A stretch of DNA of 64,000 nt from Setoptus koraiensis (Eukaryota > Animalia > Arthropoda). The stretch's first letter is position 1. Each line of letters begins with the position of its first letter. A model generated the notes under the pieces. That model had not been told where the DNA came from and searched no databases. It was given only the letters and a program-made list of their open reading frames with translations. The stretch covers positions 1,612,001 to 1,676,000 of the forward strand of contig CM106586.1 in assembly GCA_048013815.1 (NCBI GenBank), written 5' to 3'. Of this stretch, positions 37,953 to 50,800 are shown one piece after another. Made by a program: the position numbers and the translations under genes.

Positions 37953-38236
37953 TGCGATGCAATATTGTCAGCACTATCTACTAGTATTTTTTTATATAGA
38001 TTATCATTACAGTTGTTTATTAAATAAACGTGCCAGATAAATTGCTCATGGTGCTCATTTGGAGCTATGGATTAGATTTTTTTTGGGGTTCCTTTTTCTC
38101 GATTCTATAGTCATAATGTTTTGTTGAATATCCGTTGCAAATTTTATCTACTCTCAAATTTTTGGGATTCTTTTTTTCGCTCGTCTATATCCACTGTGCA
38201 TGTACAATGCATCAAATCAAAGCTGAGGTCAACGTC

Positions 38237-39350
38237 TTAGGTTATACTGAACAAAATCTGCAATATCAAAGATACCAACCCGTCATATTTGTCTGATTTT
38301 CGCACTACATAACCCTTGAATAGGTCCTTGCATGTTGGCGCGCGACATATTAAGTTGATGACATCTTCCAGTATCGATTTATACAATCTGACAATTACTC
38401 TAGTTTCTTGCGCACATTTGGGGCCGAGATTTTGAGTGATGGCTACCTCTGTGTCGCCGAGCATGCAACAAACTGTTGTTGTTTTCCTGTCTAAATCTGT
38501 TATTTGATCAGTAATGACTCTCATATGATCGGTGACGTTATGCATAACCGTTTGTACGGAGTCTTGGTTCTTTTCAACGCAATTCACCGCCTTGAATGTA
38601 TTGATGTGATTCTTGGGGACGCATTCTCGTTTTCTAGTCCGCGACCACGCATTGGCAAACGCTTATTTTTAACAACGAAAAAAAAGGAAAAACTCTCAAT
38701 TATCATGTTGGATTTCGAAAAAATTCAGAGTCAGTTTGCTATGAGTCAAATTGATCAGATGGCACTTACTCGTAACAATTGTCCGCTGTAATCCCACCAC
38801 GCACTCACGTCCAGCATCTCTTATGCATCTTTCAGCTTTTTCCATCTAATTGGACGCCAGGGAATAAGTAGCGACGAAATCTTAATTATTGTAACTGGGT
38901 TCATGCAAGGACACGAGGAGTTCATGAATGAAGAGACTTACCTCTTTGCAAAAGTCCACCATATCGTTAGGTCCGGCAGGCCACTTTTTAACGGTGCCCT
39001 CTAAAATATCCACTAAAGCTCTAGCGCAAGTCTCTATGCGCTTTGCAATTAGCTCAGTTGAGCCACATTTTGATATGGGAGATTGGTTTTCGTTGACTTT
39101 CAATTTTGGTTGTCTCTGGGCGACAGCGTTGTTTCGTTGAGCACCCACTTGAGTGACTTGCCATCGGATTAACGATGCCAAAACTATATTATTTTGAATG
39201 GTTTCATAAGAAACATTGGTGTTAATCCAAGTTGAATCAAGAGCAACTAATCAGTTGAATAATAAAGAAGAATGTAAGTCAGTCGGTTGACAAATCCAGA
39301 TCATTACCTAGAACGGATGCCACAACTAGTATACTGTTTAATTTGGCCAT
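38237..39350 (-). CDS. Secreted 12-cysteine protein, paralog 1, 261 aa; exons 39350-39308, 39183-38942, 38845-38770, 38661-38237
   Basis: Signal peptide MAKLNSILVVASVL|VLASLIRWQVTQVGA; three GT-AG introns with consistent phases (1, 0, 1); Cys spacing 12-25-8-7-23-13-36-CC-16-22-4, matching the neighbouring paralog. Confidence 0.85.
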
Positions 39351-40768
39351 ATTGATGGTCTTCAGATGATTATTTTGTCAACTTAAATTTATTTTCAGAT
39401 CGATATGTCGGCTTGTCGATTTAAAATGAAAACATAAAATAAATCCCTTCATATGAATAGTTCTTGTTTATGTGATTATTCAATTATTGACTTCTTGTTA
39501 TGGGCTAGTCAGTAAGTTATGGAATAAAACTCCTCGGACGGCTGTTGCGAAACAACCAGCCTGAACTGTTGCTACGAAATTATCTTACAAACCTTGCAAG
39601 TTCAAGACAGGTGCAAGTATAACTCTTATACTTACACCCCTCTCTCAGTGATCACCCAAAATTACTAAAACACTGCGTCCGATTGTGACGAAAGGGAGGA
39701 ATGGTTCCCTCTTCAAGTTTATAAACAAGCTAATTTGTTGTTAGTAATAAACAAACACTAAAAAAACTTGATCATTTGCAGCAACACATTTTGTGTGTCT
39801 CTATCGACAATCAACAACAATTCACAACAATGAATGGTGCTTCGTAATATCATCACTATTGCACCATTTACTGTCTCGACGAGATAAAGCTGTTATTAAA
39901 ACCAGCACATTAATAGTGAAAATAATGACGAAAGTCACTCGGCTTCCTCTGTTCGATTATAACCTGTTGTGTTGCTGGTGATGAAAATCCTGAGGTAATA
40001 TAATCTGATCATAATTGGAAGTCAGCTCACTCTCCATCTCTTTTCTAATGGTGCGATGATGCAGGTCGTGCTAGTTGCCAAGAGTGAAGTTCACGAAACG
40101 AAATTCCTTGAAAATGTGCGACTTTCCAAATTAATAGTGCTCCGCAAATCTAACCCCCAAGAGCATCTGTTTGCAGCTAATTGACGAAGGCGATAAACTT
40201 AACTAACTCTGCTCCACGTCGTAGTTAGCATTCGTTGCAAGAGTCAGTGAATTAATTAGCTCGACAAATAAGTTGCATCAGTGACGCTCTTGAGACTTAC
40301 CTGCTGGAGAGCATCGTTCATAAAGAAGTTGCAAAAAATCGGCAATTTACTTTTCACTAGTTTTGTTTATCATAAGTATTGTTTATCTCATTCAACGTAT
40401 AACATGGATGACTTTCATATTAATGCTCTGCGACAAGTTGTCTAGACAATCTGTATTACTATTATCGTTGTGAATAGTCTCTAATGATAACTTGTCGACT
40501 GATATTATTATGATATGCACATTTGCATGATGATAATGATTCGTTGTGATTGATATAATTGTAGGAAATTTTTGTTTTCTTGTGACTCTGTCAGTATAAT
40601 TGACGCGACAACAGCAAAGTATTTTCATTGGCTGACTTCAGAATGTTGCAGAGTTATGGCACTCTATATTATGGTGGGCATGTCTTCAGTGGGACAAGTA
40701 CCCATGGTGAGTTAGTCCAAAGTTTAGTTTGCTCAAATGACAACACTAGTCAACATGAGCTTCAACAC

Positions 40769-42195
40769 TCAAAGGGCAAACACTATCTCCAGTATGGGCT
40801 CAATAATATCCTGATCCGGTTGATACGGGCTATTGATGACACTATTGAGAACACCATTACATTTGGGCCTCAAACAAAGAGTGTTTCTGGCATCGTCGGT
40901 GATAGCGTGCATCATGCTCAGAATTAAAGGCACAGATTCCGGACATAAAACTCCGAATTTTTCCTGATAATAATGATCCATCGCAATCAGCAAACAACAG
41001 CCGGCAATCAGGCGATCCTCTGGCGGTTTTTTCATATCGCGAATACCCTGCGCTAAGGCCGTGTGATTGCGTATTATTGCCTGCGATTCCTTCCAGTACT
41101 ATAGTATTTAATATAATATTTAAAATAATATGTAATACATAGTTATACACACGGATAATCAGATGATTAGATATTGCGACCTGATAAGTTTCCAATTAGA
41201 TGATTGGATGATGCACCATACCTTATTTAAGCACTCTAATGAATTAATATATTTTGCCCGAGTGGCGACACTCTTGCACTCCGCCACTCTAAATCTTCTT
41301 GTTGCCGATGCCACCTGAATCAGTATCATTAATGAAGATCAGATATATCCGATTAGATGGGGCCATATCAGGCAGTGTGTTTTATTTTCACAAATGTCAG
41401 GCGACATTGAATCAGTTGGGCAGCTGTCTTGCAACACTTACGGAGCTCACAGCAGTCTTGTGTACACCTATAGTGAGTCAGTTATGTGGTCATGAAAAAT
41501 ATAATGAATAAACAGAAAAATTCAATTCTAGTTGTTAGACAGAGTGGTTGGCGTTTGGATAAGATAGATGAAATGTGTCACTTTTTACCTGACAACACCT
41601 ACCTTGGAGACAATCCCTTGCAAGACCTCTCACACATCGCTCTGACTCATTGAACCTTTGGCAAGCATCTTGAAGGCCCTGGTCGTTGGCGGGCAATAAT
41701 GATTTGCCCTCTAACATATCAAACACTGGCTGTGTGCATTTTCCCGTCTTGCCGGCCACTTGCTTCGCATTGCCACAAGACGACATAAATGCACCCTTGT
41801 TTTGAGCATCCTTGCCTCGCACTTGAGTTCATACAATCCATTAAGAGGGTTTATGGTGACGATGATAATTGATTGTGTGTAGGATGAGGGTATCAACAGT
41901 GTTTTGAGGGTATCAACAGTGTTTTGAGGGTATCAACAGCATTCACGCAATGCTTGTATAACCGAGATAGCATGTTATTAAGCAATTAATTGAATAAAGA
42001 TGTCACATGGCCCACACACTGCTCACGGGTGCCTCACCAATTGAAACAGTTACATCTATCTAGCTACCGGTTCATTTAGTGGTACGCACACATTCCAGCT
42101 AGTTTTTGCTTACCTGTATTGAGAGATGATGCAACCAATACGATGATCAAAAGAACAAACAGAGAACAACCGACTTGATTTGATAACAGTGCCAT
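40769..42195 (-). CDS. Secreted 12-cysteine protein, paralog 2, 249 aa; exons 42195-42114, 41821-41603, 41467-41442 (26-nt microexon), 41314-41222, 41098-40769
   Basis: Signal peptide MALLSNQVGCSLFVLLIIVLVASSLNT|VRG; four GT-AG introns (phases 1, 1, 0, 0); Cys spacing 12-24-8-7-23-14-36-CC-16-22-4; C-terminus IIEPILEIVFAL parallels LVSLILQILFSIT of paralog 1. Confidence 0.85.
41885..41939. repeat. 20-bp minisatellite, ~2.8 copies, in intron 1 of secreted paralog 2
   Basis: tgagggtatcaacagtgttt repeated. Confidence 0.9.
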
Positions 42196-42230
42196 GTTGA
42201 TTGTTAAATTTGCTATTTTGCACTACTAGA

Positions 42231-43600
42231 TTAGAGTTATTATTCACTTGGATTCGCTTTCAGTTGTATTTGGAATGTCTTGTCGTGACTATCTGATGCT
42301 TCTTTGTACCTCTGGTGGTTTATTTGCACTAATTCAAAGGTTGTCGAACGATCAAGTCAATGAATCTGATGTTGATACGTGCAACGAATGCGTGCAAGCT
42401 CTTTGTGAAAGTGGATACTATTCACAAGTGTGCTTACAATATCAAGAAAGATCTGATGCCATTTCGAACAGCTACATTTGTTGGCTTCAAAATATCCCTG
42501 CCGACATTCTCATTGCCTCCCCATTCATACGCGCCATCTCGTCGTATCTAAGCGACGAGATCGACATTGGCACTGCATAAAGCGGCAGCGGCAGCGTCAC
42601 CAGTAGCCCGTCGTCACATTTGTAGATGCGCGCGGTGACAAGATCTATCTATCTTGCTAGATCTGCAGTGGTGAATTTCCATGATTTAAGATCATAACTT
42701 TATGCTAGAGTGAACTAAATAGTCTCTAAAAGAGCACTCATGAATGCGTGAACTATGGTAAACGATGGCAAAAGATGAAGCACCGAAATACAAAGATGAT
42801 GGTGCAACAAATTAACAAGGAAATATCAGTGAAATTTCTAGTTGAATCAATGGTGCGATCACAATAATAGCAAATCAAACTGCAAGTGTTTGCTTGCAAC
42901 CTCGTACGTATTCGTGGAAGTTTTTGCTCGGGGAAATACCTAAATATGTGCGACCACTAATACTATGCCTATGATGATATAACCTGTTGATGTGATGGCG
43001 CTGGTAGTGATAATGCCACTAGTCTCAACAGATAATGTCGCCGTATGGCAGTATACGTTTTATCCATGTGTTTTTTTGTTTGTTAGATCACTCATATTGA
43101 TGTGTGACTTGTACGGAATCCGGTTTAGCGTCGCCACTACCATTTTCAGCAGCGACGTATAAGCTGCATTCGAATTGAAGACGAGCCAGCTACGACGACA
43201 GCAATTTTTCAATTGCTATCAACAAGAAGAATTGAATGGTTGCAATCACTGATCATCATTGATTTAATAAGTAGTCTGCAGGTGAGAATAAATCAACTAG
43301 ACAAATAAATGCTTAATTGTAACTACTGCCAACAATGTGTTCATGTGTAAACATAGTTCTGTGTGTGTCACGACGGCACCACTTTCAGTTTGATAGACGT
43401 TATCTTGATTTCAGGATGTTGTCGTTGGATCGCTAGAAAGCATTCGGCACACTTCTCCGTCTACAATCAACTAATTGCAGCGACACTTAGACCTTGGTGC
43501 TGCTGTCGACATTATGATGGCGCACGGGCAACTCGGTGTGTCTTCAAATAGTCCAAATACATCTTTACGCTTATTCTAGAGTCTAGACACCGGCAGGGAT
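42231..43600 (+). pseudogene. Possible decayed multi-exon gene (family not recognised)
   Basis: 110-aa Cys-containing ORF 42248-42580 behind a tag acceptor; 195-nt symmetrical exon-like unit ttag|43087...43281|gtgag with two in-frame stops; other stop-broken, protein-like frames nearby. Confidence 0.2.
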
Positions 43601-45961
43601 ATGGTACGCGAGAATGCTATTTTTAATACTTCCCACGGCTTACACATCCGCATAAATCAATTAATAACCAACTTAGTGCCAAGTGGGCGCACTCCGAATA
43701 AAAGTTAAAAGTCATTTTTTATCAGATTATAATTATTGTGCAATGCTCATGACATTTTTTAGTCATACATGGAGTCACAACTAACAGTTTAGCAGCTCCA
43801 TTGTTAAACTGTTAGTTGTGCTGCCTAATCCTGCCTAATGATTGCCGTTACTGTCAGCCGTATGAATGACCATTATTACATATTGAGCAATCAGACACTC
43901 GGTTGCTCAATATTTCAAATGTTTCAAACATTCAGTCTCTTGCATCACAGTGATGTGACAATTTTCTCTTTCGGGTTCAACAAAATTTTAAGTTTAAACT
44001 GTCGCCTAGCACCCGAAAGACACCATTAACGCTAGCCGGCAAAACCTCTCTCCGAGCTGACAACAACTTAATCCACGTATTGACAAATATAAAACAGCAT
44101 CATTAGTGGCGCAACCAGACGCCTAACAATCTTCTGCAATCCAACAATTCAATTTTTCTTTTCCTCAAAATCACAATTGCCTGATTGTTCCTCTTGGTCC
44201 CTATTTGTTGTTTGCTCTGTTGTTTTGTGCCTCACACACTGCCAACCACAACAATTGACAGTTCTCGAATGATCAGCCACTATAATTGAGATGTCAGTGC
44301 TTGTGTCTGGCACGCGACATACCAGAATTACTAATAATCACCAGCTGCACCACCATTTCATTGCGATCACATCCGATCTATTAGAGCTGTGTCCGTAACT
44401 CGCTGCTAAAAGCCAACTTAGCGATCACGCGCTACCACTTATAATCATAATAAATTGTTTTTCTCTCTTCCCTCCGCCGCCGTGTATTACAACTGTTTAA
44501 TATTCATTTTTTTATCCTTTGCAACTTACCATTTACAACATTACTCGAAAAATAAAACCATAACGACATAACAGCTACCCCAGTGATCCAGCTGTCCGGC
44601 ACATCAGCTTACATAATTTTTGTGCACCCATTTTGTGTTTGTTGGGTCTGCTGTGTTGATCGCTCGAGCGCACTTGGTTGTTGCTGCTAATGCTGCTGCT
44701 GCTGTTGTCGCTGTTTCACAGACCGGCACCACCACAATAGAGAATTCTTTACACAATTCTTTATTCTAAATCCAAACCATTCTTGTCCACCATTGTCAAA
44801 CGGCATCCACTCGTCGCTAATCAAAGACTTCTTCACACACTGAGTGGTTGCCATCTCTATCACAATGGCACTAGATGCTGGCCAGCCAAAACTGCGCATA
44901 TAGGTGACAACAAGAAAGGGTCAACCAAAAATAAAAAGTGTCTCTATGTTGGTTTTTCAAACGAATTATCCACTTGATGATTGTGTTTGTTTGCGAACAA
45001 ACACACTTGATACTGCTTCTGATCTTGATCCAACTGCAGCAGATGATCACATAGAGATCGTACTTGTCATTAGCATCTAGTGAGCTTTCCGACACATCTC
45101 GCAGTGGCTCTCTCGCACTGTGAGTAGGATTGAACTGTTCGTTTGTTTCTCCGCTTCGATTGTCGTTGTTAGCCAACTATATGCATCTACACTCAACAAG
45201 CGACTACTTTCGAAACAAAGACAATTTGGCTGTTCCAACTTTGAGATATAATCAAATTGGTCTCTAGAATCATTAGAATTAGAGCTTTTAGAAACAGCAG
45301 TCAACTCAATGAAACTGCTCACTGCAATGCTCAAACAATAACAAAGAACTTGCTTTTCGATGTCTGCCAATTATTCTTAGCCAGCAGTGAGCTAATTATT
45401 CTGGTTACTTACACAATATATAGCTGAGTATCACAAAGGAGAGGAAAACAGCCACGCTAATCAGGATACAACAACCAGCCAAATAGTGGTCGATTGCAGC
45501 ATTCTCTTTACACTCGACACCTCTATTCTTTTCAACCAAATGGATCAGTGCACCAAATACCGGTTCAACAATTCACATGGGCATTTGTGTTGCAGAGGTA
45601 CAATGAATACAGGTACAGAGATTCAGTGCATGTGTATATAGTTTCCTTTTGTTATTTATTCTAACTAAAGCATTACTACTCATGTGCATATGCTACAACA
45701 ATCATCTCATTTATATTCTTATTTTATTCAGGTCTGTGCATTCGGTTTATTCTCGATTTGATCATCCTGCATTGATTAGTAGAATCTTTAATAGGAGGAA
45801 TATAGCTTTATCGCTGCTTGAGACAACTGTTTCTATCGTTTTTGTCTCCTTTGTGAATATGGAGTGAATCTATGAGAAATAAAACATGAAATAAAACATA
45901 CATTGAGAAACCTATAAATGGTGCAACGACATACTATAGTATTGATTACAACAGGTATGGA

Positions 45962-47446
45962 TCATGTTGGCACTGGTATAGAAGACGATGCTTTTGTTGT
46001 CTGTAGCTTTTGTTGTTGTTGTTGTTGTTGCTGCTGTTGTTGTTGCTGTTGCTGCTGCTGTCGTATGGATAAAGCTGAATTGTTGTTTGCATTATTCAAT
46101 GAAAGCTGCTTCGGTTGACTATTGTTATCACTATTTTGATTGTTATTGTTGAACAACACACTATTAGACCCCATCTGACTTAAGCAGTCAGCGTTTTTGC
46201 CTCCACTACTTGATGATTTGTTGTTCGCTCGAGATGCAGGAGATTCCTGTTGTTGTTGTTGCGCATGCATCTTCATGTGATTATGTAATTCGTCGCTACG
46301 CGTAAATCGCTTTCCACAGTATGACAGTCGACAGGCAATCGGCCGCTCACCTGAATGCCATCTAAGATGTGCTCTTAAGTGAGAGGTTTTAGTATATTCC
46401 TTACCACAACCGGGCACGTGGCACGAGTGCATGTTCTTCTTTGTATCTCCCAATAGGGCACTCAATTCTGGTCCCAGACGTTCCAGTTCTAAGCAATTAG
46501 GACAATCACAACTGACTCGACCTGCGTAACGACGCTGAGACCTGTTTGTGGCCGGTTTGGTCGGATTTGTAGCAGTCTGTTGTGGGTTAGTTGCACTTGT
46601 TGAGCTTGATCCCACTGAGGTTGCATTATTAGCGGGTATCTTAGCTTGAGTGCGTGCTTTAGTAATCTTGGAAGATGCACTGATAGGAGTTACATGCTTA
46701 GATTGTCTATTGCCGATATTTTTGTTACCTTGTTTCACTTTTGGTCCATTTGCAACTAGATTTGTCTTGGTTTGGAGCTGAAAATGTTGGCTTTGTGCAT
46801 CTTGATTCGCGCCACCAATATTGAGCTCAATTTTAATACCATTAGAAGAATAAACACTGGCCGTTTGTTGGCTACTGCTGTTATGATTCTGTTGCTGTTG
46901 CTGCTGATTTTGGACAGCGATCGGGTGTTGATGTGATGAGAAGGTGGATGTTGAACAATAACCAACATTGTAAGCAGTGGCATAGTTAGCGGCATCGTAA
47001 CTAGTGTTTGTGCCGGCCATCATTAATTGTTGTTGATGGTTGTTGTTGTTTAAATGTTGTTGCTCTAAATGATTGCTGCTGAACAGGTGATATGGCGTTG
47101 CATATCCGTGATGATGAGTTTGCCCATTGATGGATTGATGGAGTTGGTCGTCTGCCTGGTACTGCTGATGAAGTTGCTGTTGCTGCTGCTGGTCGTGCTG
47201 GTGATGTTGGTGCACCATTTGATGGTGCTGATAATTAGTTGCTGCTTGCTGTTGGTTAGTGGAACCTTGCTGATGATTGTGGTGCTGATGGTGATGGTTA
47301 TATGGGGCCATCATAGTGGTGAAATTGTTTGATTGTGAGCCAATCTCTGTTGTCTCATTGGCGGCCATGCCGTTGCTTGCAAGATGCTGGTGGTGATGAT
47401 TCGGATGCGATGCCAGTTGTGCCAAATAGCTATCCATGGTAGCCAT
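45962..47446 (-). CDS. Sp6-9-type transcription factor copy A, 494 aa, buttonhead box + only two C2H2 fingers + polyQ tail
   Basis: Btd box [22 protein letters not shown] (Sp6-9 type [14 protein letters not shown]); ZF1 [23 protein letters not shown]; ZF2 [23 protein letters not shown]; no third finger; intact single-exon ORF. Confidence 0.9.
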   Translation of the reverse strand: MATMDSYLAQLASHPNHHHQHLASNGMAANETTEIGSQSNNFTTMMAPYNHHHQHHNHQQGSTNQQQAATNYQHHQMVHQHHQHDQQQQQQLHQQYQADDQLHQSINGQTHHHGYATPYHLFSSNHLEQQHLNNNNHQQQLMMAGTNTSYDAANYATAYNVGYCSTSTFSSHQHPIAVQNQQQQQQNHNSSSQQTASVYSSNGIKIELNIGGANQDAQSQHFQLQTKTNLVANGPKVKQGNKNIGNRQSKHVTPISASSKITKARTQAKIPANNATSVGSSSTSATNPQQTATNPTKPATNRSQRRYAGRVSCDCPNCLELERLGPELSALLGDTKKNMHSCHVPGCGKEYTKTSHLRAHLRWHSGERPIACRLSYCGKRFTRSDELHNHMKMHAQQQQQESPASRANNKSSSSGGKNADCLSQMGSNSVLFNNNNQNSDNNSQPKQLSLNNANNNSALSIRQQQQQQQQQQQQQQQQQKLQTTKASSSIPVPT

Positions 47447-47869
47447 ATTATTACGTTATTATTTTGTCGATGTTGTTGTTGTTGTTATTATTATTCTAAA
47501 ATAATAGTAATGATAAAGATAAAGATCAAAATAAAGATCAAAAACGTTATAGATTGAGGATTGTTCAAACTATATTGTTGTGGGCCGAGCGATTGTGCTG
47601 TTGTGCTTGCTTCTATTTGTGCTTCTATGGTCGCGTTTGATGGGCCCGTTCTGCGCATTTATTCCATGTACGCATGCACTGTGTGCATATATTCGCAACA
47701 CTGAACACTGTACAGTGTGTGTGTGTGTGAGGGTGTTGTGATGCGCACATCGAACAAACTCAAACTGCTGACGAAATTCAAAAAGAGCGCCAATGAACAA
47801 GAGAGTTCGTCAGAGAGTCTCTGGCAGAGAGGTATCAAATTGAGTGACTCGCACACAACAAACATACAA
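46779..47869 (-). repeat. Segment duplicated in the same orientation at ~62796-63874 (5' flank + N-terminal half of the Sp genes)
   Basis: By-eye alignment, roughly nine in ten bases identical including ~420 bp upstream of the ATG. Similarity drops abruptly after codons [18 protein letters not shown]. Confidence 0.92.
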
Positions 47870-50800
47870 CTTGAACTAACCAGACTAACTCAATTGGACT
47901 CAACTTGATACTGGCTACCTCGCTCCCTCCCTCCCACCAATGTTGCTGCTGCTGCTGCTATTTATATATTGTCACGCCCAGCACACACAGTCTCAATTCG
48001 CGGCAACGAAAAGGGTACCGCCTGGCAACTCTTTGTTGTTACATATAAATAGTGTATATTTTATGTGATGATACACGGTGGTTGCAGTCCGTTGCCGACG
48101 TATATTGTTGCCGCTCTTGATATTGGTAGGTGGTTGTTGTTGTTGTTGTTGCCGGTGCCGGCGCGCTGCCTCCCTTGTGCGCGAGGCCAGTTGTGCACGA
48201 GCCACGGCAAGGCTGGCACCATCTTCACGAGACATCATTGGGCACCAGTGAGCAGAACGAGCTCTTTGACGTTTAGCGCGAGTCGGGAGAGAAAGCGAAA
48301 AAGGAAAAACGAAAACGAATATCAACGAGAACAACAACAACAATGAGTAGTGATACTTAATTATAGGCCGTCGGTTGCACACAGCTTGCAATTGTAGAGG
48401 CGCCAGTTCGCGGCAATGGGAGCAATATGATGAATAACAACGACCAACGGAAATGACGGCGTTGCCAATCACGAGCGAGCGAACGAACGGCTTGCAATTG
48501 ATGTAGCGCAATGATGTAGTAAATTGGCATGTTGTGCACACTATGAGTGAGGAGCGAACACAGTTACCCGTTGTGTCGCACAATAGGAAGTGTGCGAGTA
48601 TATAGGCCGATTAGCCGATGCCTTCCCCCTGTGAGAGTGAGCTGCTTATGTTGCCGAATTGAAATTATTATATTCTATTTGCTGCTATCTGTTTGGTGTG
48701 TCGCAATTTTTATGCACACACACACACACACACAATTCGCACGCACTTAATTCAATTGGGCCGGAATAGTGGCGTCAAATTGATGCAACTCGGACGCTAT
48801 TAGGTCGTGAGATGAATAGAATGCGTGTGAGTTTGTCGTTGCGCAAATTTGTGGTTCGCGTAATTGAGCGACTAGCCACTGCACGAAGCTGTGTTATGCT
48901 CATTCTGTGCGCGATTGTGTGCGCATCACGACCTCTGTGCAGTAGCTGCTATATATACAATATAGGCACATGGGAAAATGGCATCTGTTGATGGCTGCTC
49001 GAGTGTCGTTGCACAAACAAAGCAAGCGATATTCACAATAAATACGACCATTTTGTATAATTGTCTTGTCGGACAAAAATTAAAAATTAATTTCAAATGA
49101 CAGAATCTTAAGTTTGAGTTTTATCTCTGGTGACTTTTCGATGGTTTGATTAATTCAGCTGGCTCGAGTGCGAACAAGCACCAAGAGGAAAAGGATGGGC
49201 GACGGGCGTAATGAATTTTATCATTTGAGATGAGGATATTCTCACTAAATTACATCTCGTTATAGGTGGACATGAGCGGCTGCTGGTCACTCGCAACATA
49301 TCATGAGTTAACAATTATTATAATATGCTCCTAATGAACTAGCACAGGCTTGCGTGTCCGGCGTTGACGTGACCAAAACTTACCGGCGTGTCCACTTTGT
49401 AGCAGCCACTTGCTACTTGCCACTGGAATGGGCAGTGCACCCAAGCCTGAATGTGACTCCCCTAATGGCAGCAGTTTGATGATGTAAACAACAGGCAGCA
49501 ACTGTAACTACCATGACGATCAATATACGCGTCGTAACACCAGATCATGACCATTATAGTGAGGGCACCGTGAAAAAAATGAAAAGATGACGTTGTGCAC
49601 ACCATATACACATTGTCACCTATAACAGCTATGTGTACATCAATGTTCTCACAACCAAACAAGATAGGTGGACAGGTAACAATAGCCTTGATCGTGGTGC
49701 TTGTATACTCTGTGATATTGTTATGGCCAAGCCAGAGAAGCAGCGAGCAGCCAACAAAAGGACATTAATATAAATGGAGCCAATGGAACAAAAACATTTA
49801 TTTCATATTTTGCATTTAGCCTTTTCGGTAGCAGTTTTTTGTGTGTTCACCTTTGCATCAACATTTGTGTGAACTCTGTATAGCTAATGCAAATGAGTGT
49901 GTGTGTGTGTGCCACCAATTGCGGCTCGCAAGCAATTATGCAACGACATGAGCATGCATAAAGACAAGACATGACAGCTTGCAACAAAAAAACAACTGAC
50001 ATTAGCTGCAAAAAACATTAATACACACAATATGTTAGGTAAAATGATGCGGAGCTGATAACTAGATGCTCTCCCATTGCATTTGTGCACCCATTTCACT
50101 CATGATCGCACGCACTTTGATAAGCGTCTCTATACGTCTGCAAGCAAGCCATATGTCATTATAGGAACGGCACCAGTCAAATGGCAACATGACGGCCATC
50201 GTCTGGTTTCATTCCCCACTCCAAACTTTGCGGTCCAAAGAGCGACACAGACAGAGCCAACGATCAACTCAATGGCTCGTCATCAATTCGGCTGGGCTAA
50301 TTAAGCTTATTCACACAGATACACTTGACATCATCATTGGCCAGTCTGCCACAATCGGCGTCAATTATGGGAAGCGCCAACAAACCAATACAAGGCTGAC
50401 TGGCTGGCTGGCTGGCCGGCCGGCTTCTGTTTCGGCAATAATTGGTGCAATAAGCACAACTCAACTCACTCGCTTCTCTTGCATACGCTTGTTCGAGTTG
50501 ATCGAGTATTGCACTGGTGCTAGATAGACTCGCCGCGGAGAAGTGCTATAGAGATAGTCAAAAGCAAGTATTGACAATATTCATCAGGATGAAAATTGTG
50601 TTTGCAAGCAAGTCTGTCAATTTATCAAGTCGCAACTCCGTCGGTGCTCAGTGCATATGTGAAGGGATTTTATTTGGCCTCATCACGTCTTTGGAGCGAC
50701 AATTGCGCCAACAGTTTGGATCAGCTGTATGTGGTGGAAAGACAACAGGACTTTGTAGTGACTTGCTTGACTTGGGCTAGTTACAAGTCTGGTCTAATTT

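Noticed and set aside
39700-40700. Possible third member of the 12-Cys secreted family
   Set aside because: There is a gtaagt donor-like site near 40300, but no frame gives the Cys spacing or a signal peptide.
41299-41896. Secreted paralog 2 as a pseudogene (apparent frameshift and early stop)
   Set aside because: Both defects disappear once the signal-peptide exon and the 26-nt microexon are recognised; Cys spacing then matches paralog 1.
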